Shown: positions 15,779 to 28,131 of the stretch, one piece after another | Numbering within the stretch: the stretch's first letter is position 1 | How the letters are laid out: each line of letters opens with the position of its first letter | DNA from: Octopus vulgaris | Taxonomy: Eukaryota | DNA: 64,000 nucleotides | Direction: 5' to 3' | NCBI GenBank assembly: GCA_951406725.2 | Contig: OX597818.1 | Coordinates: 79,918,001 to 79,982,000 of the forward strand | The notes under the pieces: model-generated | The model's input: only the letters and a program-made list of their open reading frames with translations | Databases searched by the model: none | What the model was told of the DNA's origin: nothing | Program-made: the position numbers and the translations under genes

Positions 15779-16997
15779 AGTGTGATATTGAACTTATCAC
15801 ATACCCCCAAATTGTTTGCCTTGTGCCAAAATTTGAAACCGTTGTTATTGCTCTTGTTATTATGCTTTTGATAATCTTAGAGTTGATGGTTAGGTTTTTT
15901 ATTTGTATTATTCTGTTTGTTGATTTTAGTATTTTTACTATTTTCCACCCTCTTTTGTATTCTGTGCCATTCACCAAGGTAAAATGTCACACCATCTTGA
16001 GGCTGAAATAAGCATAAAATCCTGCTTATGTCTCCTATATTTGTCTTCATTCACATCACAGTGGAAATGTTCTTCCTTTTCTTTCTAGTTGGTAGGGGTG
16101 GTGCATATAAGCTGTCTTAGTAGTTGTGATCGATGTCATTGTTGTTGCTACTGTTGTTGTCCTTATTGTTATTATTTATCTTGTTTCCTGTTGATGTCGT
16201 TAACTTCAAGAAACTACCGTCGAGGTGTTGCGTTTCAGTAGGTCTTGCAATATACCTTCAAAAACATGTCTTTGTTAATAACCTCACAACCACTGCACTC
16301 TATCTATCTATCTATCTACCTATCTATCTATCTATCTATTTCTCTATCTATCTATTTATCTAGCTATCTATCTCTATCTATCTCCCTTTCTTTCTCACTC
16401 CCCCCACTCTAAATTAACCTTTAACCTTTGCATTTCTAACTTCTCCTATTTACTTCCTGCCTCCCCTTTTCTACCATCACAACCTACACCATCATTTCCA
16501 GTGCTCTCTTCTGTTCAATTTACTCTGTTTTCTATTCTTTCTCTTCATTTAGTCCCTCCTCATGTCTATAATACTCAACATTTCGCTCTATTTCTTTTTA
16601 TCTTTCTGCCTGGTAATTTTTCCGTCTCCGTTACTCACTTCATACATCTACACGTTTCTCTCTTAGTGGTGTTCCATACGTCTTTATGCGGCCGAGATCT
16701 TATCGACTATATCCCCTACCCTAAAGTTGCTGGCCTTGTGCCAAAATTTGAAACCGTTATTTACACAATTTGTAATATAACCAAATACGCCAATTTTGGC
16801 GTAAAATTGTACTTTGTTCACTTTCGTTCGCATGAATAATGTATACACTTTTGCTGTTATGGCTTAATAAATGCTCCTATATGATTGACAAAACACAGCA
16901 TTCAAGCGCTATCGAAACTGATTTTAAACCTCAGAGCCTGTTAATATCCCTATTTGAAGTTCATTGATATCCCTTCGAAGTATGAAGCGTAGAATAT

Positions 16998-17202
16998 CTC
17001 TTTTACTTGTTTCAGTCACTTGACTGTGGCCATGCTGGAGCAACGCCTTTAGTCGAGCAAATCGACCCCAGGACTTATTCATTGTAAGCCTAGTACTTAT
17101 TCTATCGGTCTCTTTTGCTGAACCGCTAAGTTACGGGGACGCAAACACACCAGCACCGGTTGTCAAGCGATGTTGGGGTGGGGAACACAGATGCACAAAC
17201 AT

Positions 17203-17260
<58 letters not shown>

Positions 17261-17422
17261 GACAGGCTTCTTTCAGTTTCCATCTACCAAACCCACTCAC
17301 AAGGCTTTGGTTGGCTCGAGGCTATAGTAGGAGACACTTGCCCAAGGTGCCACGCAGTGGGAGTGAACTTGGAACCATGTGGTTGGTAAGCAAGCTACTT
17401 ACCACACAGCCACTCCTACGCC
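16998..17422 (-). mobile_element. SINE family A (tRNA head, CORE-like ACCTTGGGCAAGT, internal TA/TG microsatellite), full length
   Basis: Reverse-complement head GGCGTAGGAGTGGCTGTGTGGTAAG..GGTTCCAAGTTCACTCCC; more than 10 homologous copies in the window. Confidence 0.9.
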
Positions 17423-19359
17423 AGTACATTTTGATAAACATTTCTCCACAAGATCTAAGTTAGTGTCCTGTGAACTTAATTATTCGCTTTACACCTTACA
17501 CCTTACAGTGTTATCTCAACGTTTGAGTCTGCAGTGCAGTTTATTGATGTTTATTCCTAGTTGTGTTATCCACATGGGTGGCATACGTCAATATATTTAT
17601 TCACTATTTATACTGCATTTATTTCCTAAGTTGTTTTATTTTTTAAACACTGCTTCTCAGAGCGAGCGGTATCACCCTGGGTGGGGGCGTGGAAAATTTT
17701 ATATGCGCACTGGGAACCAAGGAGGCTTTAGGGGGCGGTTGATGCATCCGTTTAGCTCTTAAGCTTTTGTCTCCTATTTGAATATTAACTTTGAAAAAAA
17801 ACAAGTAGCTGTAATATTATGATAAAACTATTTGTTAGCCACAGTCACAATAACAGCGACAATATCAATAACAATAGCAAAGACAACTCTTAATTGGAGC
17901 ATAAAGATAAATTCCAACTGTACACAAATATACACACACACGTGTGTGTGTGTGTCTGTGAGAGTATGTGTGTGTATGTGTGTGCGTGTGTGCGTGTCTG
18001 TGTGTGTATGCACGTGTTAGAAAGAAAAAAGCTGGCACTGATTTTGAATTTCGAAGTTACTGTCTACTGAAAACTGACTTCTATCCCACACAATACCTAC
18101 TCTTACATACCACAACACTTTCATTCTCTACGATATTTTGGGTTTTTTTGGTGGGGCGGCGGGGTTCCTTCAGATTTCACACATTTATAAGTTAAAACTT
18201 GTTCAGCACATCTCGACATCCACTTCTTTCTTCCCACCTGCTTCATATCAATCACTAAGATATTGACCTCACAGTGATCTGGTGGGAAGTGACTAAGATA
18301 TTTCGGTAAAGTGTGAATATAAAAAAGTTTAGCCAAGCAAACGGTAGGCCTATCACTGTTTTCATTCTTGGCTATAAGATTTTTCCGGATCATATATCTA
18401 AAGCTAGAATCAGTTAAGGTTGACCATGGACGTTGCCTCCTATTTTTGGTAGCGTTTTTCGTATCCAAGAAATCATTTCCATTAGTGGCAATCTTTATCG
18501 CAGAAAGGAATCTACACTCAGTTTCGGGTTTGTCTCTGTTCTTGCACTCTTTTCCGTGGGCCCTTTTAAATGACTGCAGAGTCTAGCACTCTCTCGGTCC
18601 CTATCTCAGTGATTCCCAACGTAGGAAAATTGTGGTGGGGTGTAGGATCCAAAATTTTTCTTTTTTTTTTATAGTGAGGTATGAAATTGTGAACTAACAA
18701 CACTTAGAGCAAATTAACTACACTCATAGTAGTGGTGGCGCTTGCTACTGCTAGTGGTACTTGTGTTGGTGATGGTCATCGTCTTATTGTCCTTGTTTAT
18801 CCCCAAATAAATCTCGATCGGGCAAATTTCTAATACAAAGCATTCTAGCTATGACCTTCTCAACTGTTTTTATATACCTATCATTAAATCATCCATGTAT
18901 CCTGCCTTCATTTTCAAAGATAGTAGAGAGTTATAACGAAGCTATCTACAATTATCAGCAAGTCGGGTGACCACAATCCCAATGATAGCAGCTCTACCAT
19001 TGGAATTATATTATTGTCACTGTCTAGTGATAGTTGGCGAAGACATATTACATAACAACAGGCATCCAGGTTTAATGAGCGACAGAATCATTCCTCTGCA
19101 CCGAAATTATAGATGACATCATAAATGAACTTGTTGTTACAACTGGATATTGAAACAAGATCAACCACACAACGCTCCAATCGCTGAAATCCCGCTCTAA
19201 TCTATCATACGGATTACACCACAGGGGGTTCGAATGTTATACTCGTGACTTTTTTTTTCAGAGTATTACATCAGTGATGTGCGTGTGTGCATGCGCGCGT
19301 ACATGTGTATTTATATATATGCTAACGACATTTCCAAATAATAGTAATGACCCTTCCTA

Positions 19360-19552
19360 CCAAAGGCACAAGGCCTGAAATTTGCGGGTAGGGATTAAGC
19401 CGATTACATCAACCCTAGTGTTCAACTGGCGCTTATCCTATCGACCTCGAAAAAAAATGGGAGGCAAAGTCGACCTAGGCGAAAGTTGAACTCAGAACGC
19501 AGCGATGAGCGAAATGCCGCTAAGTATTTGGTCCTCTGCCAGCTCTCCGTCT
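19360..19552 (-). mobile_element. SINE family B
   Basis: GGCAAAGTCGACC..GAACTCAGAACG..GAAATGCCGCTAAG..CTGCCAGCTC. Confidence 0.75.
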
Positions 19553-19559
19553 TAATAGA

Positions 19560-19643
<84 letters not shown>

Positions 19644-19929
19644 CATATATAGAGAGAGAGAGACATACATATATATATACATATTTGTGTATATAATTAT
19701 GTATGCGTGTGTATATAAGTGTGTATGTATATGTATATATGGGGGGGCCTGTTTTATGTACTTATATATACATACACACACACACACACACGTGCACACA
19801 TATATATATATATATATATATATAGATGTACGTGTGTTTAAATATATATGTACACATATACATACGTGTATGTATATATATATATATATGTACACGTATG
19901 TATTTATGTACATATATATTTAAACACAC

Positions 19930-19973
<44 letters not shown>

Positions 19974-20019
19974 TAATGTATGTATATATGTATGTATATA
20001 ACACGTCCACATATATATT

Positions 20020-20230
20020 GTGGGCTAGATCGTGGATTCGATTCCTTGATTGGATGGCGCGTTGTGTTCTTGAGCAAAATACTTCATTTCTCGTTGTTCC
20101 AGTTCCCTTTCGGAGTGGGGTGTATGTTGGCCTACCCGACTAGCCAGTGGGGTGGCGGCATTTCAAAGCCAAAACAACGCAAAGCGCATTGTGACCAGCG
20201 ATGTGTAACAACTTCTGTTAGTCTGGTCGG
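20020..20230 (+). mobile_element. SINE fragment (tRNA-derived)
   Basis: GATCGTGGATTCGATTCC..GTTGTGTTCTTGAGCAAAATACTTCATTTC. Confidence 0.6.
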
Positions 20231-20782
20231 CAGCTTTTGTATTTTTTGTTCGATTTTGATGAAAATTGATGAGTAAGCGAGACTCATGGCAGTGAATTAA
20301 TGTCAGTGTATGGCGTTGATAAAAAATCGAAAATTGCACCTGAGCAGTGGTTTTATAAAATCAATAGGCTTTTTGCATGCAAATACTCATAAGGATTATA
20401 TTTTTGACTGCAACTTTTATATTTTCAAGAAAATGGTCACATGGATTCTATTTTATGATATAACCTTAACACTTTTCTTCGGATTTTGGTGAGACTGGAC
20501 ACGCTGATCAATTTTATACAGAGGGTAGCATTAAAGGGATAGAAATAAACAAACGTCACTCTCAATGGGTTGATGCACACCCAAAAGTTTGACTTCGATT
20601 TCAGACGGTCCAATATGTAGAATTATCTTGAAAACGTTAACCGGGTAAAATCCCTGCCAAACCAGATATAACATCTTAATTGGTAATAGTCGGCACGGGG
20701 GACGTAGAAGATTTCAATACAAGGTCAGAGGTGGACTTAACTTCAAGACGGAAAACACAAGCAGTGCCATATCCAGCAGCTA

Positions 20783-20833
<51 letters not shown>

Positions 20834-20840
<7 letters not shown>

Positions 20841-21583
20841 TCAATATAGGGTGGCAAAAAATTTCGTAGAATTTTTTTCCACCAGCGGCCTAGTGGGAAA
20901 AAATTAAATAGTCATAGACCATTTATAAATTCAACATCAAAATCAAGGAACGGCCATAATAGGCCATTCACCCACTAGAAATAACAGCTAAAGCTTCAAC
21001 CGCAAAACAACATTAATTCCGCAAACCAGGAGAAAATTAAAAAAACATTTACCCTGTAGTTCCTTATACGATGCACCGTTTCATCTATTGATTTTGATGT
21101 TGAATTTATAAATGGTCTATGACTATTTAATTTTTTCCCACTAGGCCGCTGGTGGCAAAAAAATTCTACGAAATTTTTTGCCACCCTATATTGATTAATT
21201 ATGAATTTTCTGGTTAATTCCGTAATGGAATCGGCGGCTTATATTTGCTGCCGATAAATTTGGCGCGATTGCGATGATTTGAAAATTTTAGGTCAGATAT
21301 TGCCGAGACAGTGATTGAAGTGCCTCGTGTAAATATCTGCTCCGATCTGGCTGTTCTTACTGACGAATCTATCGGCCTATGGAAGACTAGCTTGATTTAA
21401 TTTAATCAGGTTAGTTTACCATTAAACAATAGATGAAACGGTGCATCGTATAAGGAACTACAGGGTAAATGTTTTTTTAATTTTCTCCTGGTTTGCGGAA
21501 TTAATGTTGTTTTGCGGTTGAAGCTTTGGCTGTTATTTCTAGTGGGTGAATGGCCTATTATGGCCGTTCCTTGATTTTGATGA
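20834..21583 (+). mobile_element. HHR-bearing retrozyme-like / Penelope pLTR insertion: inverted leader plus 483-bp permuted monomer, in (TA)n
   Basis: A-B-A'-C-B' arrangement; TTGATTTTGATG repeated at 21088 and 21571; (TA)n on both sides. Confidence 0.75.
21353..21458 (+). ncRNA. type I hammerhead ribozyme
   Basis: Stem I GTTCTTA/TAAGGAAC, CTGACGA (21360-66), stem II ATCTAT/ATAGAT with extended hairpin, GAAA (21435-38), stem III CGG-TGCA-TCG, GTA cleavage triplet (21448-50). Confidence 0.8.
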
Positions 21584-21814
21584 TATATATATATATATAT
21601 ATATTATCTACATGCTTTCAAGCACTCTACTTAATTCTGTATTTATATATTAACGAGCAGGAATGAAAAACGGAACCGAATGAAAGAATGAAATATTGAA
21701 AGAATTGAAGAATAAGAAAATAAAGACGCAAACAAACATGAAAAGAAGAAATGTGAGAAAAATGCATGAGAGTTTTACCAATGAAAGAAAAAAGACTAAG
21801 AGAGAGAAGGGGAG

Positions 21815-21864
21815 ACAGACATACAGACAGACAGACGAGCAGGCAGACAGACAGACAGACAGAC

Positions 21865-21922
<58 letters not shown>

Positions 21923-21955
21923 CTAGATAGATAGATAGATAAATTGATAGGTAGG

Positions 21956-22039
<84 letters not shown>

Positions 22040-22040
22040 C
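21815..22040. repeat. (GACA)n/(GATA)n microsatellite
   Basis: Direct observation. Confidence 0.95.
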
Positions 22041-22424
22041 TTTGTTTAAAGGGAAGAATGAGTGCTAGAAAAAATAAGTAGAGGAATAGAAAATAGGAAA
22101 GTAGAAAATAATATGTAGAAAAAGAGTAAAACAGAGGAGAAAAACGGAATTAAATAGAGTGGGTGTTGAAGAATTCAGATGTATGTAGATGATGGGAAAA
22201 AGTGTGAAGAAAAGCTGTCATTGAATGAGTGTTACCTGATAAGTGTTTTATTTTTTATCCGCTAGGGGGCAAACCACATCTACTACGATACGGACATAAT
22301 GTGAAAATATATACGTAAAAAAAAAAAAAATAAAATAAGTCCAACGTTAAGTCATGCAAACTCAGATGTCTTGAATGAGAATGAACGAGAACATAAGGAC
22401 AAAATGTCTAAATGAAAATAGCGT

Positions 22425-22475
<51 letters not shown>

Positions 22476-22609
22476 CGTGTGTGTGTGTGTATATTATACG
22501 CATATAGAGACGCACACAACTACGTATCTTCGTACGTAAGTCCATCCGTTCTTATGTATTGATGTGTATGTGAGTGTGAATATATATATATATATACGCG
22601 CACACACCC

Positions 22610-22640
<31 letters not shown>

Positions 22641-23134
22641 CACAAAAGAAAGAAAAGAGAACTCTTATGGAACCATGTATGTAATTCGAACTCCAATAGT
22701 TTGTCCTTCTAGACCGCTGTCGTGTTCCCCAGCCAAAAAGCACGAAAGAATTTTAATGGGAAAATAATATGAATGATGGTGTTTGTCAGAAAGTAAAATT
22801 TGTTTGTATTGTAAAGGAAATGTTATTTGTTTGGTAAAACTACTTCGTTGATGGACTGTTTAAAAAGTGAACGTCATTTTCTTTTGTCTCGTGGATACTT
22901 CAAATAATGCACAGATTTTTTAAATTTATATTGTGCTTTGTTTTGTTTGTTGCTTTAGGGTTGTCTTTTATTTTTTCACAACTTACAAAGAAAATAGGTT
23001 GCCACATTATCTTTTTTTTCTTTTTGTAATATTTCGTTCTCAGATACTTAGATCAAACCTCTTACTGATGGTGACCAGAAGTAGGTAAAGGGGAGGACAA
23101 TATCTCTTAGATGCTATATATTCCTTGAAATAAC

Positions 23135-23810
23135 TAAAATTCGTGTGAAGCAGCGTTGAATAAACTATAACCGTGTATATTTAACAAGTTTGTGTACCAA
23201 AGTTTGTGGAAAAACTTTACACTGAGGAAACAGTCCGAAAGAAAATTGTCTCCACGCACACCAGCAAATGTACTGTTTGCTGTGCTAATGAGAGTTATCA
23301 TCCTTATAAAGTTGGGAAGAACAAATTCGATATTCGTAACTGATACCACTCAATCACATAGAAATGCATAGTTCCTACGATCCGATAACGTGATTTACCA
23401 GCCAATGCCTTTTAGACATATTGTCTATGAATATTTTCTCACGAGGTTATTTCCATAGCGAAAAGTCTTCTCATATTCGAGTGCACACGAACTTGTTATA
23501 TATATTTTTCACTCGGGGCAGCTTCGTGCGACTCTTCATCTTTAATTCCAAGCTCTACACACACTAACAAATGTGCTGTCTGTTGTTCTTATATATAAGA
23601 ACTATCGTTCTTAAAAGTCTATGAAGAATGAATTCAGTACTCGTAGCTGACGACACTCGATGATACCGAAACGCATGCATGCTACGATTCCATGACACCA
23701 TTTATAGACTAGTGTGTTTTATGAATATTATCTGAATAGAATTTTCTCTGGGAATTACTTCCGCAGCGAAAGGTTTTCCGCGTTCGCCGATACACCTACG
23801 TGTTACGTAC
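23135..23810 (+). mobile_element. decayed Penelope-like element 3' region (GIY-YIG remnant plus pLTR)
   Basis: Frame-broken EKLYTEET..HQQM..SYH.YK.GKNKFDI; imperfect direct repeats at about 23430-23480 and 23740-23790; HHR-like motif at 23641-23687. Confidence 0.45.
23641..23687 (+). ncRNA. degenerate type I hammerhead motif
   Basis: TCGTAG CTGACGA ... GAAAC GCATGC ATG CTACGA: stem I and both core boxes intact; stem II and NUH decayed. Confidence 0.5.
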
Positions 23811-23874
23811 AACTGTACATAATCAATATATATAAAATACGATACATACTTTTGTATCTTTTATTTTTTATCGT

Positions 23875-24195
23875 TTACTTGTTTGTCATTTGACTGCGGC
23901 CATGACATTTTTAAGCTTGCTACTTATTCTATCGGTCTCTTTTACCGAACTGTTAGGTTACGGGGATGTAAACACACCAACACTGGTTATCATGGTGGTG
24001 ATGGGCACAGACACAAGCAAACACACACACCTTTATATAAGACGGGCTTCTTTCGATTCCGTCTACCAAATCTGCTCACAAGGCTTTGGCCGGCCTGAGC
24101 CTATTGGGAAACACCTAAGTTGCCCCGCAGTGGAACTGAAACCGAAACCATGTGGTTGGGAATCAATTTTCTTACAACACAGTCACGCCTGCGCC
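23875..24195 (-). mobile_element. SINE family A
   Basis: Homologous to 17000-17422. Confidence 0.8.
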
Positions 24196-24202
24196 TGGCT
24201 TC

Positions 24203-24435
24203 TTATTTCTTTATTGCCCAGAAGGGGCTAAACATAGAGGGGACAAACAAGGACAGACAAACGGATTAAGTCGATTAAATCGACCCCAGTGCGTAACTGG
24301 TACTTAATTTATCGACCCCGAAAGGATGAAAGGCAAAGTCGATCACGGCAAAATTTGAACTCAGAACGCAAAGACAGACGAAATACCGCAAAGCATTTCG
24401 CCCGGCGTACTAACGTTTCTTCCAGCTCGCCGCCT
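24203..24435 (-). mobile_element. SINE family B (long-tail variant)
   Basis: Near identical to 25575-25800 and 43610-43842. Confidence 0.85.
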
Positions 24436-25574
24436 TCTTACCACGCCTGGTTTCTTACCACGCAGCAACACTTTAGCTTTTGGGGGTGTTGAATTTGTTC
24501 CCCTTATGAGATTATTTTCTAAATCATTCGATAGAAGTTGGAGTTGCTCTGTTTATTTTTTGTATTTGTCTCACAATACTAAATGAAATAGTTTGAAGTT
24601 TTCTAAATTAACCATCAGTGTTTCTTCTTTCTTACTGCAACAGCGTCACCCTTTAGTTGTTCTATTTATCTTTTGTATTTGAAAGTTCACTCTGCTTTTT
24701 TAGCGTTTAACTAATGTTTCAATATTCATAAATTTTGACGATTTGCCATGCATCACAACATTTCGGAGATATTTCTTCATCATAATTGTAGCCCGGCTGT
24801 TCTTTTGAGGCAAGTTGTGGCGGCACAATAGAACAATGACACTTAAGTTTGATTTGATTTTTTTTTTCTACTTGGGCTAATAGAAATATTTTTCTTTAAT
24901 TTTAAGACACTTGCTAGTGTTGTTCTGTTTATTGGTGGGGGATTCAGAAGTTCATTCTGCTATCTTCATCATCTCATCGTTTTAATGTTCATAAATTCAA
25001 ATGATTCGGCTGGCATCACAACATTCATAATAAATTTCGATGCTACGTTGGCGTGCGGCCTACCGCAGTATATCGACTCTACGCTGTCAGATTATCTGAT
25101 CGGGGTTAGGGTTAGTGTCAGTTATGAACATTTTGAAATTACAGACCGAAAATTCAGATCAAGGTGTGTTAGTACCTCCTCATGTCTACACAAGAAACGT
25201 TCTTCTTCGTGAACTTCTGCAGTGAATCATACCTGTATAACATTTTGGGAGTGATAGATAAAATTTTCTTATCTTCCTGTTCATTTTAGCATTTTTATAT
25301 ACATTCTCATCCTCTAATTACCGACTTTCATCACTCTTTTACTCTTTTACTTGTTGCAGCCATTTGACTACGGCCAGACTGGAGCACCGCCTTTAGTCGA
25401 GCACATCGACCCCAGGACTTATTCTTTGTAAGCCTAGTACTTATTCTATCGGTCTCTTTTGCCGAACCGCTAAACTCAGAACGTATTGTCGGAAGAAATA
25501 CCACTAAACGTTTTCTCCAGCGCGGTAACGATTCTGCCAGCTTGATGCCTTAATAAATCCGTAATTATTTAATT

Positions 25575-25800
25575 CTTTATTGCCAACAGGGGGATAAACA
25601 TAGAGGAAACAAACAAGGAGAGACAAACGGATTAAGTCGATTAAATCGAACCCAGTGCATAACTGATACTTATTTAATCGACCCCGAAAGGATGAAAGGC
25701 AAAGTCGACCTCGACGGAATTTGAATTAAGAAAGTAACGGCAGACGAAATACCGCTAAGTATTTTGCCCCGCGTGCTAACGATTCTGCAATCTCGCCGCC
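25575..25800 (-). mobile_element. SINE family B (long-tail variant)
   Basis: CGACCCCGAAAGGATGAAAGGCAAAGTCGACCTC core. Confidence 0.85.
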
Positions 25801-26209
25801 CTAACTCCGTAATTATTGACGGCTTGAATACGCTAGTAATATAGTTTCTTTGTTTTTATAAATTTTTGTTCAACAAACTTAACCTGTTTACATGGTTTTT
25901 AATACCCTACCACAAATTTTTAAAATTCATTTATCTCAAATAGTGTTATGAACTAAAGAAAACAGGAATTGAATAATTTTAAATATCCATTATTAACACG
26001 TTTGAAGGCGCTTTTGATGTAATTGGACATTCTTAGCGATGATGCTAATTATTTTATAATTGTAGCTATGTAAAACAGCTTTTAAACCTTTTCACATTGG
26101 CTGCCAGCTATCAATGATTACAAAAATGTTATTGTCACGTGGCTGTGTGGTTAGAAAGTTTGCTTTGCAACCAGATGGTTTCGGGTTCAGTTGCACGGCA
26201 CCTTTTCTT

Positions 26210-26415
26210 TCTTTTATTTGTTTCAGTCATTTTACTGCGGCCATGCTGGAGCACCGCCTTTAGTCGAACAAATCGACTCCAGGACTTATCGGTCTCTTTT
26301 GCCGAACAGCTAAGTTACGGGGACGTAAAAACCCCAACATCGGTTGTCAAGCGATGATGGAGGGACAAACACAGACACACAAAGATATACACACACACAC
26401 ATATATATGTGTGTA

Positions 26416-26464
<49 letters not shown>

Positions 26465-27278
26465 AAAAATACAAACTGGGACAAGAACGCAAAACATTTA
26501 GAAGACGATACAAAAAACACGGACGGGGCATTCGAAGCCTTCAATCTTCAGTCAAGAACCGGATCATCCTCGCAATTTCGGCTGATTAATCTTGACACGA
26601 ATAAGAATACAAAAATACTTAAAAACAATAATGATAATAATAATAACAAAAACAGGACGTCACAGACAGGCGTCTTTCGACAGGACGAATATATATACAT
26701 ATCATTCAAAATGTGACCGCGTGTGTACCGTTGGCGATTTTTTTTCCTCCGTCTTCTCTTCTCTGGATCTTTCCTTTTCCTATGTTTCTGACGAAGAGCT
26801 CCGCTCGAAACGTAAAGCCCTCCTTCTTCCCTTCATTCCTGAGCGTCCAATAATACTATATTTGTTCCACGTCACCCATGCATACCAGCCTCCCCTCTCC
26901 ACGTCACCGATATCATCGAAGGGAAAGGCAACTGCCGATACAGCTTGGCACCAGTGACGTCGGAACTCATTTGTACAGCTGAGTGGTCTGGAGCAACGTG
27001 AAATAAAGTGTCTTGCTCAAGAAAACAACACGCAGCCCCGTCCGGGATTCGAACTCCCAATCTCACGGTCGTAAGTTCGATGATCTGACCACTGAGCATT
27101 ATATACGTATACATACGACGGGCTTCTTTCATTTTTCGTCTACCAAATCCACTCATAAGGCTTTGGTCGGCCCGAGGCTATAGTAGAAGAAACTGGCCCA
27201 AGGTGCCACGCAGTGGGACTGAACCCGGAACCATGTGGCTGGTAAGCAAGCTACTTACCACACAGCCATGCCTGCGCC
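26210..27278 (-). mobile_element. SINE family A split by nested insertions in its (TA)n
   Basis: 3' half 26210-26400 and 5' half 27115-27278 flank PLE-like and SINE inserts. Confidence 0.8.
26784..26818 (+). ncRNA. minimal type I hammerhead motif (PLE pLTR type)
   Basis: GTTT CTGACGA A GAGC tcc GCTC GAAA C GTA AAGC; palindromic ACGT in place of stem III. Confidence 0.7.
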
Positions 27279-27370
27279 TGGGTAAGTATCTTCCACTTTA
27301 GCCCCAGGGCGACCAATGTCTTGTTCGTGAATGTGTTAAACGGAAATTTTGTGGAAGTCTATCGTGTGAG

Positions 27371-27460
<90 letters not shown>

Positions 27461-27704
27461 CGTGTGCGTGCGCGCGCATATGTGCGTTTGTCCTCCCTCC
27501 TCCACTTGGCTTGGCAATCAGTGTTGATTTGTTTCTGTTCTCTTAACGATCCGGTAAAAGAGACCAACAGTATAAGTACAAAATATAAGTTCTGGGGTTG
27601 ATTTCTTCGACTAAACCCTTCAAAGTAGTGCCCCTGCATGACCATACTCCAATGACTGACACAAGTAAAAGATAGAAGAAAGACACTGAGTTTTGTTAGT
27701 AATT

Positions 27705-27875
27705 GGCGCAGAAGTGACTGTTTGGTAAGTAGCTTGCTTACCAACGACATGGTTCCAGGTTCAGTCCCGCTGCGTGGTACCTTCGGCCAGTGTCTTCTAC
27801 AGTAGCCTCAGTTCGACCAAAGCCTTCTGAATGGGATTTGGCAGACGAAAACTGAAAGAAGCCCGTCGCATATAT

Positions 27876-27939
<64 letters not shown>

Positions 27940-28131
27940 GTATATATGTATGTATGTATATATATATGTATATATATGTGTGTGTGTGTGTATGTTTGTG
28001 TGTCTGTGTTTGTCCTCCCGAACAACGGTTGACAACCGATGGTGGTGTGTTTACATCCCTGTAACTTAACGGTTCGGCAAAAGAGACCGATAGAATAAGT
28101 ACTAGACATACAAAGAATAAGTCCTGAGATC
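27705..28131 (+). mobile_element. SINE family A
   Basis: Head GGCGCAGAAGTGACTGTTTGGTAAG; internal TA/TG tract. Confidence 0.85.

Noticed and set aside
25111-25124. GGTTAGGGTTAG telomere-like sequence
   Set aside because: Only two units; not an interstitial telomere array
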